A DNA stretch of 64,000 nt from Candidatus Poriferihabitaceae bacterium (GTDB lineage: Bacteria; Pseudomonadota; Gammaproteobacteria; Arenicellales; Poriferihabitantaceae), in assembly GCA_965213885.1 (NCBI GenBank), contig OZ243919.1, forward strand, positions 2,763,039 to 2,827,038. The letters run 5' to 3'. The translations under genes were made by a program, and so were the position numbers. The notes below the pieces were generated by a model. It was not told the DNA's origin. It saw only the letters and a program-made list of their open reading frames with translations, and searched no databases. Below are positions 7,822 through 15,376 of this stretch, in pieces (position 1 is the first letter of the stretch; the number at the start of each line of letters is the position of its first letter).

Positions 7822-9654
7822 TCAGTCGACGATATGATAGACCGGCGCCTTCTCCATGGTCCATTCACCGGATTCGGGATCCCGGCGGGACAGTGTCAGC
7901 GCGTGCCAGTTCTCGTCGTCCAGCTTCATGAAATCGCCGCGGTAATAATACCCCGGCCAGCGCGTCTCCTCGCGGAACAGGGTGTGCTGGACCACGCATT
8001 CGGATGCGATGGTGCGATGTCTCAACTCCCAGGCCCGCTGCAGCTGGTGCAGATCTTCGGCGCCGATGTGGTCGAGGTCTTCCTGCAGGGTTTTCAGCAG
8101 ATGCATGCCCCTCAGCAGCATCGGCTCGTTGGTCATGTAGTTGTTGCTGATGCCACCGGCATATTCATCCATGATCTTCTCCAGGCGCTGCAGGCCGTGG
8201 ATCGGAAGGATATAGCTCGGCGAGACGGTGCCTCCGACAATCTCGTTGCGCCCGACCTCGTAGTTCTCCAGCGGCTTGTATACGGTGGATTTGAGGTCCT
8301 CGAACTGCTTGTCGGAAATCTTGATGTCATCCTTGCCGTGGTCGCGGACGAACCGGACTGCGGCCTTCGCCGCCAGCCGGCCTTCGGTGAAGGAGCCGGA
8401 AGAAAAGGCGTGGGCCGTACCGCCGAGGGCGTCCCCGGCGCCAAAGAGGCCTTCTACCGTCATCATCCGGTTGTAGCCCCAGTAGTACTCGTCCGGAGAG
8501 ACGTCCTCCGGGCCGCTTGCCCATGCGCCGGAGCAGGTCGCGTGGGAACCCATGACATAGGGCTCCGAGGTGGTCAGTTCCGGATTGGTGTACTTGGGAT
8601 CGATATCCTGGGACGCCCAGACCACGGCCTGTCCCACGGTCATGCCCAGGAAGTTTTCCCAGCCGATGACCTCCTTGTGGGGGTCCTGGAAGGCTTCCTT
8701 GGTCACCATGTGGATCGGACCCCGGCCCGCCTTCATCTCCTCGATGAAAGCGTGGTTCCTGAGGCAGGTCGGCGTCGGGTGATGGTCAATGTACTCACCC
8801 ACCAGATTCTTGGTGTGATCGTACCATTTGGACTCGTACTCCTCGCCATAGGCGTTCTGGGTGTAGGTTTTCAGGTGCAGGAAGTAGGCGCCCACGGGAC
8901 CGTAACCGTCCTTGAAACGGCACAGCACGATACGGTTCTCCATCTGGGTCATCTTCGCGCCGGCCAGGATCGGCAGGGCATAGGCGGAGGCAGAACTCCA
9001 GGGCGCGTACCAGGTGCGGCCCATGCCCTCGCCCACGGAACGCGGCTTGAAGATATGGGAGGCGCCGCCGGCGCCCACGATCACCGCCTTGGCGCGGAAC
9101 ACGTGGAAATCCCCTGTACGGACATTGAATCCCACGGCGCCGCCCACCCGGTTGGGGCGGTTCTCGTCCATCAGCAGATGGGTCACCATGATGCGGTTGT
9201 AGATCTTGTCCGCAGACTTGCGCGCGGCCTCCGCCACGATGGGCTTGTAGCTCTCGCCATGGATCATGATCTGCCACTTGCCTTCACGCTGGTAGCGGCC
9301 GTTTTCCGGATCTCGCATCAGCGGCAGGCCCCACTCCTCGAACTTGTGCACGGTGGAGTCGACATGCCGTGCCATGTCGTAGGCGAGGTCCTCGCGCACC
9401 ATGCCCATGAGGTCGTTGCGCGCATACCGGACATGGTCCTCGGGCTGGTTTTCGTCCCACTGCATGCCCATGTAGCAATTGATGGCATAGAGTCCCTGCG
9501 CCACGGCGCCGGAACGGTCGATGTTCGCCTTTTCGGCCACGACGATCTTGAGGTCGCGTCCCCAGTAGCGCGACTCGTAGGCCGCACCGGTGCCGCCCAT
9601 TCCGCCGCCGACGACCAGGATATCGCAATCCTCGAATACGGTTTTGAATCCCAT
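7822..9654 (-). CDS. aprA: Adenylylsulfate (APS) reductase alpha subunit
   Basis: VGGGMGGTG FAD motif, RSGAVAQGLYAIN, GKWQIMIHGESYKP, WYAPW, GSHATCSGAW, REETRWPGYY. Confidence 0.97.
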   Translation of the reverse strand: MGFKTVFEDCDILVVGGGMGGTGAAYESRYWGRDLKIVVAEKANIDRSGAVAQGLYAINCYMGMQWDENQPEDHVRYARNDLMGMVREDLAYDMARHVDSTVHKFEEWGLPLMRDPENGRYQREGKWQIMIHGESYKPIVAEAARKSADKIYNRIMVTHLLMDENRPNRVGGAVGFNVRTGDFHVFRAKAVIVGAGGASHIFKPRSVGEGMGRTWYAPWSSASAYALPILAGAKMTQMENRIVLCRFKDGYGPVGAYFLHLKTYTQNAYGEEYESKWYDHTKNLVGEYIDHHPTPTCLRNHAFIEEMKAGRGPIHMVTKEAFQDPHKEVIGWENFLGMTVGQAVVWASQDIDPKYTNPELTTSEPYVMGSHATCSGAWASGPEDVSPDEYYWGYNRMMTVEGLFGAGDALGGTAHAFSSGSFTEGRLAAKAAVRFVRDHGKDDIKISDKQFEDLKSTVYKPLENYEVGRNEIVGGTVSPSYILPIHGLQRLEKIMDEYAGGISNNYMTNEPMLLRGMHLLKTLQEDLDHIGAEDLHQLQRAWELRHRTIASECVVQHTLFREETRWPGYYYRGDFMKLDDENWHALTLSRRDPESGEWTMEKAPVYHIVD

Positions 9655-10124
9655 CAGTAGTAGACCCCTTGCTTGAATTTGGATTTGTCGATGGTCGGCA
9701 GACCGGTATCGATATTCAGGGCATCCGGCTCATAGCACAGCAACTGGGACTCGAGCGCCTCCTCGCCGGGTACCGCGAGGTCCGCGAGCCGCGGAATCTT
9801 CTCGCCCCAGGGCTCCGTCGTGATGGGGGAGATGAAGTTCTTCTCCCGACCGTCGCGGAACTTGATACGCCAGGAAATCGTTCCCTTCTCCTCCTCCCGC
9901 AGAACGCGCACGCTGTGGCCGAGCGGCGCGAAATCCGCGTAGCCCCGGCAGTCAATGGCATTCTGCGGACAGGCCTTCACGCAGGAGTAGCACTCCCAGC
10001 ACATGTTCGGCTCGATGTTGAGCGCACGCCTGTAGGTCTTGTCGATGTGCATGATGTCCGAAGGACAGATGTCCACGCAATGGCCGCAGCCATCGCAGCG
10101 TGTCATGTATACAAATGTTGGCAT
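9654..10124 (-). CDS. aprB: APS reductase beta subunit (two [4Fe-4S])
   Basis: MPTFVYMTRCDGCGHCVDICPSD and CWECYSCVKACP; overlaps the aprA start by 1 nt. Confidence 0.97.
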   Translation of the reverse strand: MPTFVYMTRCDGCGHCVDICPSDIMHIDKTYRRALNIEPNMCWECYSCVKACPQNAIDCRGYADFAPLGHSVRVLREEEKGTISWRIKFRDGREKNFISPITTEPWGEKIPRLADLAVPGEEALESQLLCYEPDALNIDTGLPTIDKSKFKQGVYY

Positions 10125-10197
10125 GGTATTCGTTCGTCAGTAGTTGATCGGTTCGTTGCGGCCGGGCTGCCGGCCGCCCGGTGGCGGGAAGTCGCGT

Positions 10198-10992
10198 TCA
10201 ATAATGCCGCGGCAATTCCCTCTTGATGCCGAGCCCGAACTTGGCCGGGGCATCCGCCGGCGGCGGCAGGTTGCTCCGCGAGCCGTCGGCATCCGCCACG
10301 CGCTTCTGGTACGCGGCGGCGGGCTTGAAGAACATGTGGGCGAACTTCGACCACGGGACACCGCCGAACAGCACCAAGGCGGCGATGATGAACAACAGGA
10401 AGAACAGCCAGGAGAGGGTGGCGGCGCCAACGTTCAGGAAGAAGGACCAGATGAGGGCGAATGTGGTGCACGCCACAAGCGAGACCACGAACATGTCCGC
10501 CGGCATGAAACGGAACGGGGAATTGCCCTCGGCGGCGACATCTACGCGGATGAAGAACCAGAACCAGTAACCCCCTCCGCAAACCATCAGGGCGCCGAGA
10601 TGCCACAGCAGCGGATGGATGGCGGGCGTGGCGGCGCCGGGTTCGCCGTAGCCGAATATCATGGTGCAGGAAGTGAGCACGAACAGGATGAACCCGTACA
10701 TGGTCAGCAGGTGGGCCAGACGCCGGCGGGGGTTGCAGAACTCTCCCGAGGCGAGGACATCATGGGCCGCCGTCGCGACCGCGATCCCGATTTTCTCCCC
10801 ACCGCCGACCTCGCGCGAGCCGGCGGCCTTCTCCCGCTTCATGTTCTGGAAGAAGTACTTCGCACTTTTCTTGTGGATCACGTCAAAGATCGTGCCCGCC
10901 ACCACCAGCAGGAACATGACGACCACGAAGGTCTTCATGGCAGAAGGTGGGATCGTCGCCGAAATCTCGGCGAAAGGGTTGTTTGTCAACAT
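10198..10992 (-). CDS. aprM: APS reductase membrane anchor AprM
   Basis: Multi-TM protein directly upstream of aprB with HDVLASGEFCN, RRLAHLLTMYGF, WFWFFIRVDV, WSKFAHMFFKP. Confidence 0.93.
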   Translation of the reverse strand: MLTNNPFAEISATIPPSAMKTFVVVMFLLVVAGTIFDVIHKKSAKYFFQNMKREKAAGSREVGGGEKIGIAVATAAHDVLASGEFCNPRRRLAHLLTMYGFILFVLTSCTMIFGYGEPGAATPAIHPLLWHLGALMVCGGGYWFWFFIRVDVAAEGNSPFRFMPADMFVVSLVACTTFALIWSFFLNVGAATLSWLFFLLFIIAALVLFGGVPWSKFAHMFFKPAAAYQKRVADADGSRSNLPPPADAPAKFGLGIKRELPRHY

Positions 10993-11101
10993 GGGAAATG
11001 GGCTCTTTTCAGGGTATCAGGCACCGGGCCATGAAACGTTTGTCCAACAGATGATTGTGTGCGAACCGCCGTCGCGGTTCAAACGGAGGTGTTTTATGTG
11101 G

Positions 11102-11122
11102 CCTATAAAGGCGCTTTATAGG
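11102..11122. promoter_or_regulatory. Perfect 9-bp inverted repeat upstream of aprM, candidate regulator site
   Basis: CCTATAAAG-GCG-CTTTATAGG; a possible minus-strand promoter TTGAAC(11082-11077)-N17-CACAAT(11059-11054) lies between it and aprM. Confidence 0.55.
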
Positions 11123-11226
11123 AAACCCTAAAGATTCATCGCCTATCCAAGCACTCAAGCGTAATTCGAAATGCATTAACCTTGGCGTCCGCGATTGCCG
11201 CAACATTACTTTGCGCAGTCGAATTG

Positions 11227-11577
11227 CTATTGTGTGGCTGCCTGTGCTCGATCCGTATTCATCACATCGTGCAGTCCGCTGTCCGCATCCAGGGTCGGCA
11301 GCTGGGCAATCGCCGGGCCGCTCTTCCGCTCCGCGAGCCGGAGCTCGTAGAGCTTCTGGAGGTTGAGCCAGAACTCCCCCGAGGTGCCGAAGAAGCGCCC
11401 CAAGCGCAATGCCGTGTCGCCGGTGATCGAGCGTCGGCCGTTCAATATCTCGGTAATGCGGTTCACCGGCACCTCAATGCGCCGCGCCAACTCCGCCGCG
11501 CTCATGTCGAGCGCATCGAGATCTTCGCGCAGGGTCTCGCCCGGATGGATGGGTTCGCGCATGACTTGCCTCCTCAA
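11227..11577 (-). CDS. higA: HigA/VapI-family HTH antitoxin
   Basis: PIHPGETLREDL, SAAELARRI, RITEILNGRRSITGDTALRLGRFFGTSGEFWLNLQ. Confidence 0.92.
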   Translation of the reverse strand: MRRQVMREPIHPGETLREDLDALDMSAAELARRIEVPVNRITEILNGRRSITGDTALRLGRFFGTSGEFWLNLQKLYELRLAERKSGPAIAQLPTLDADSGLHDVMNTDRAQAATQ

Positions 11578-11578
11578 A

Positions 11579-11860
11579 CTAATGGTAGTCCACGATTTCC
11601 ACTTCGGTCGGGCCGGGACTTCCCTCGGGCCACTTGAAGCAGATCCGCCATTGGTCGTTGATGCGGATGCTCCACTGCCCCTTGCGTCGTCCCTTGAGCG
11701 CCTCCAGACGGTTGCCGGGCCTGGCCAGGTCGCCCGGGCTCGTGGCCGCGTCGAGCTGGTCGAGCTTGCGAGAGGCGGTCCGGGCGAACCCGGAAAACAC
11801 CACGACCCGGCGACCCTCGTAGAATGCTCCAGTCTTCTTGTCCGAGAAGCCGACGATCAA
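11579..11860 (-). CDS. higB: HigB/RelE-family toxin (TTG start)
   Basis: PGNRLEALKGRRKGQWSIRINDQWRICF..EVEIVDYH; toxin upstream of antitoxin, as in higBA. Confidence 0.92.
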   Translation of the reverse strand: MIVGFSDKKTGAFYEGRRVVVFSGFARTASRKLDQLDAATSPGDLARPGNRLEALKGRRKGQWSIRINDQWRICFKWPEGSPGPTEVEIVDYH

Positions 11861-11896
11861 AACGCTTTCCGTTCCCGGAGCAGCCGCATCGGCTTC

Positions 11897-11934
11897 ACAC
11901 TAGCGAAAAATCCGCATTACGTCAAGCATAATGC
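11897..11934 (-). promoter_or_regulatory. Sigma70-type promoter of higBA with overlapping inverted-repeat operator
   Basis: TTGACG(11925-11920)-N17-TAGTGT(11902-11897); GCATTA-N9-TAATGC (11914-11934) covers the -35 box. Confidence 0.65.
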
Positions 11935-12115
11935 ACCTCTATTACTGAGGCCGCAGTTTTTGCACACAAGATACAGTTTACCACGGCACATCCTAACGCT
12001 TGCTCACATCTTCAAACTTGCCCTTGAGCATGTTTTTCTCCGATTTCTCTGTAGTTGCGGTCGTAAGCATGCCGGCGAAAGATCGGCGCATGGCCGCGCG
12101 AGAGACATGCATCCA

Positions 12116-12526
12116 TCAGCCCCAAGGATTGACAAGCGGAATTCCAGAGGCCTCGAAGTCGCGGTAATCTCGGGTCGCTACAGTCATCCTGTGTACCCGG
12201 GCGGTGGCCGCGATTTGCGCATCTGCAACATTGAGCCGCCGCCCCTTCCGTTCCGCGGCTGCCGCCATATCACCGAAAACTTCCGCGGCGCGCTCGTCGA
12301 ACGCGTAAATTCGACCCTTGAACTGCTCTTTCGTTGTCTGCCAGAAGCGAAGCAAACCGGCCTTGCGCGCATCTTCGGGCAGTCGCGCAATGCCGAAATA
12401 CAATTCGGCGACGGTCACGGCGGACAGCGCAAGGCGCTGCTCATTTTCTGCTAACCAGCCGGCAACACGTTCGGAGGGCACCGGTTTGGTCAGTTCGGAC
12501 AGGACATTCGTGTCAAGCAAAATCAT
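12116..12526 (-). CDS. vapC: VapC/FitB PIN-domain toxin
   Basis: MILLDTNVLSE, SAVTVAEL.FG, DAQIAATA, ATRDYRDF. Confidence 0.92.
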   Translation of the reverse strand: MILLDTNVLSELTKPVPSERVAGWLAENEQRLALSAVTVAELYFGIARLPEDARKAGLLRFWQTTKEQFKGRIYAFDERAAEVFGDMAAAAERKGRRLNVADAQIAATARVHRMTVATRDYRDFEASGIPLVNPWG

Positions 12527-12765
12527 CTCAAGTCCGGTGGAGTGATTGGCTGATCAAGCTCTTGTAGATATGGTTCGATGTCCTCACCAGGCTCCACCAG
12601 CGAAATCAGGTTGTATGGGAAATTCGAATTCTGTTCCGTGTTGATAGTCGCTGTATCCAGAATGGAGCGCGCCAGCGCTTCAAGGCTGCATCCGCGCTGA
12701 TTGGCGCACTGGCGAAGTCGCTCTTTGGTCTCTTGCGACAGTCTGCGAATCGTAATACTAGCCAT
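12523..12765 (-). CDS. FitA-like ribbon-helix-helix antitoxin
   Basis: MASITIRRLSQETKERLRQCANQRGCSLEALARSIL; overlaps the vapC start by 4 nt. Confidence 0.8.
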   Translation of the reverse strand: MASITIRRLSQETKERLRQCANQRGCSLEALARSILDTATINTEQNSNFPYNLISLVEPGEDIEPYLQELDQPITPPDLR

Positions 12766-12889
12766 AGTCCGTCTCCCGTAAAAAATTACATGAATGATTG
12801 CATGCAATCATTTTAATTACAACTTCGTTTGCAGTTACTTGAACGGATACATTGTTTCTGGCTTCTCAATCTGTGTCAGCTCAAGACCT

Positions 12890-14037
12890 CTAACAAAGAT
12901 ACCCCGCCCAAGCCTCCATCAACGCCCTTCTTCGCTCAAACAGATCAGAACGAAAATACGCCCCCTCAACCTCGCCGACCGTGTGCACCAGCGCGGCCTC
13001 TGCGAGTTCTCTTGGCTTGCCAGTGTCTGCGCACCAGTCCCTGAAGGCGGAACGGAAGCCATGGACCGTCGCGCGGTTGGCCAGGCCTGCGCTGCGCAGC
13101 AGCTTGGTCAGGGTCATGTCCGAAAGTGATCGAGCCCGGCGCATGGGTGACGGAAACACCAGGCCGCTGCCGTTGTCCAACATTTGGGCTCGTTTTAGTA
13201 CATCCAGCGCGGCTGGTGTCAGTGGCACCCGGTGTTCCTCTCCGGCTTTCATCCGTTCTCCCGGGATGCGCCATGCACCTTGCTCGAAATCGATCTCGGT
13301 CCAGGTGGCGCCCCGAACCTCGCCGGAGCGCGCCGCGGTCAGCACGAGAAGCCGCAGCGCCAGTCGGGCCGCCGGCCTTGAGTCGCAATTTTCGATAACA
13401 CGCAAGGCTTCGGGTACTTCCCGGTACGGAAGCGCACGCAAGTGAGACTTGACCGCTGGCATTCGCGGCAATGCGCCGTTGATTCCCTCCCCGGTGGCGT
13501 TGAAGGTCACAAACTCGTGTGCCTGGCACCATTGCAGCGTGGAGCGGATACTGCGGCGCACGCGCCTTGCGGTTTCCGGCTTGCTGGTCCAGATCGGCGT
13601 CAACACTTCGAGCACATCCTGTTGTTTTATATGGTCTACCGGCATGTCGCCGAGACGCTCGAAGGCATAGCGCTCGAGTTGCTGCATCCAGTTGGCGGCG
13701 ACCTTATCGCTGCGCCAGCGTGGGCGCAGGGATTCGAAGGTGCGCTGCGCCGCATCGCGAAAGACTGGCATCCGGTTACGTCGCGCCGCTGCGATTGGAT
13801 CGCCGCCGCGCCGGGCCATGCGCCGGTTCTCCCAGGCCATCACTCGTGCTTCGTCGAGCGTGACCCAACTGAGGCCGCCGAGCCCGATGTCACGGCGCTT
13901 GCCATGAATTACCAGCCGCTGGACCCATTGCCTGGATCCGCCGCGGGCGACACGCAGGAATAATGTATTGCCGTCGCCGAATAATCCGGGCTCTTTGAGC
14001 GCCCGTTTTTTTTGACCGTCAGTTTTCCTTGCCCCAC
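12890..14037 (-). CDS. P4-type tyrosine integrase, reading frame split at an A8 run near the N-terminus
   Basis: Catalytic part TAARSGEV, RMKAGEEH, TVHGFRSAFRDW, ALVH, AYFRS. The arm-binding domain (GLFGDGNTLFLRV..WVQRL..RRDIGLG) is in frame upstream of the ORF-track start at 13843 but has no start codon; GTG at 14037 (GQGKLTVKK) is in the neighbouring frame. Confidence 0.85.
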
Positions 14038-14199
14038 ATTTTCACCCTCTACAATTCTGAACATTTTCTCCAACATGCGGCATCAAATTGTAGCGAAAAC
14101 GGGCGCGGCGGGAAATACGCAAAAAAGATATAACTTATTGTTATAAAAGCATTTATGTCGGTTTGTGGCGTCTGGTAGCAACCCCTGCGCAAGGGGTAC

Positions 14200-14286
14200 T
14201 GGTGCCCGGAGCCGGAGTCGAACCGGCACGAGGATTACCTCGAGGGATTTTAAGTCCCTTGCGTCTACCAATTCCGCCATCCGGGC
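14200..14286 (-). tRNA. leuZ: tRNA-Leu (TAA)
   Basis: GCCCGGATGGCGGAATTGGTAGACGCAAGGGACT-TAA-AATCCC..long variable arm..GGTTCGACTCCGGCTCCGGGCACCA; 87 nt. Confidence 0.97.
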
Positions 14287-14309
14287 AGCGGAAGACCGCG
14301 CGGTGCGCC

Positions 14310-14383
14310 TGGAGGCTGAGCCCGGAATCGAACCGAGGTACACGGCTTTGCAGGCCGCTGCATAACCACTCTGCCACTCAGCC
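14310..14383 (-). tRNA. cysT: tRNA-Cys (GCA)
   Basis: GGCTGAGTGGCAGAGTGGTTATGCAGCGGCCT-GCA-AAGCCG..GGTTCGATTCC..CTCCA; 74 nt. Confidence 0.97.
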
Positions 14384-14537
14384 GGTAGGTGGTCGGATCA
14401 TAGCAGCTTTGCCGCCGGGTTCACCCTGCAGCGCATGGCCGGGGCGCAACACGCGACATCACCGCCTGAACCGAGTTGATCCGGGCCGGAAGGTTCGCAA
14501 CCGGCCGGTCAAAAGCACCCGGCGTCGGGCCGGGAGA

Positions 14538-14613
<76 letters not shown>

Positions 14614-14702
14614 ATGGCTCTTGAATCGAGGGAGGATGATTCTATGCAACCTGCACCCGGTGTCAATAGAAATCCGGAAAACCCCGTAGCCCGGCACGAA
14701 TT

Positions 14703-15281
14703 TCAGTCCGTTTGCATCAGGTACGGCCAGGTGATCCGAAGATACTCCACCATGGACCACAGCGTCAGCGCGGCAGCGACGTAGAGGGCGATCTCCCCGA
14801 TCAGGAACGTGGGCAGCCCGTAGATGGGCAGCATGTACAAAAGCAGCGCGATGGCCACCATCTGCATGACGGTCTTGACCTTGCCGAGAAAGCCCACGGC
14901 CACCACGCCGCGTTCACCGAGCTCGGCCATCCATTCCCTGAGGGCAGAGATGGTGATCTCCCGGCCGATGATGATGGTGACCGCGATGGCGAAGGGGGCC
15001 GGGTGCAGCACCCGTGCAAGGACGTCTGAATCCGACACCAGCAGCACCAGTGCGCTCGAGACGATCAGCTTGTCCGCCACCGGATCAAGAAACGCCCCCA
15101 GCCGGGTGGTGGCATTCAACCTGCGGGCCAGGAACCCGTCCAGCCAGTCCGTCAGGGCCGCCAGCACGAATATACCGGTCAGTACCGGCTCCCGGTAGGG
15201 CATGGGCCAGAAGTAGATCAGCACGAGCACCGGGATCAGCATGATCCGCAGCAGGGTCAGCAGGTTGGGCAGGTTCCACAT
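14703..15281 (-). CDS. pgsA: CDP-diacylglycerol--glycerol-3-phosphate 3-phosphatidyltransferase
   Basis: MWNLPNLLTLLRI, TDWLDGFLARR, GAFLDPVADKL, GKVKT; conserved uvrC-pgsA-glyW-cysT-leuZ synteny. Confidence 0.96.
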   Translation of the reverse strand: MWNLPNLLTLLRIMLIPVLVLIYFWPMPYREPVLTGIFVLAALTDWLDGFLARRLNATTRLGAFLDPVADKLIVSSALVLLVSDSDVLARVLHPAPFAIAVTIIIGREITISALREWMAELGERGVVAVGFLGKVKTVMQMVAIALLLYMLPIYGLPTFLIGEIALYVAAALTLWSMVEYLRITWPYLMQTD

Positions 15282-15376
15282 GGCTTGATCGATTTCCGGC
15301 TCGATGAAGGACACGGATCAGGGCGCGCCCGCAGCGCATTTCCCTCACGCGGGGCACCATTCGACCGACAAGCCTA

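Larger units (their letters stand above)
11227..14199. mobile_element. Integrative islet at tRNA-Leu(TAA): integrase plus two TA modules; distal att site not found
   Basis: Tyrosine integrase next to the tRNA 3' end and reading away from it, followed by fitA/vapC and higBA; AT-richer intergenic DNA. Confidence 0.7.

Noticed and set aside
10993-11226. Second att site (duplicated tRNA-Leu 3' end) closing the integrase islet
   Set aside because: No copy of CTCCGGGCACCA or a longer match found by eye.
11940-12110. Small ORF between higB and vapC (MLTTATTEKSEKNMLKGKFEDVSKR)
   Set aside because: Too short, with no RBS or motif support.
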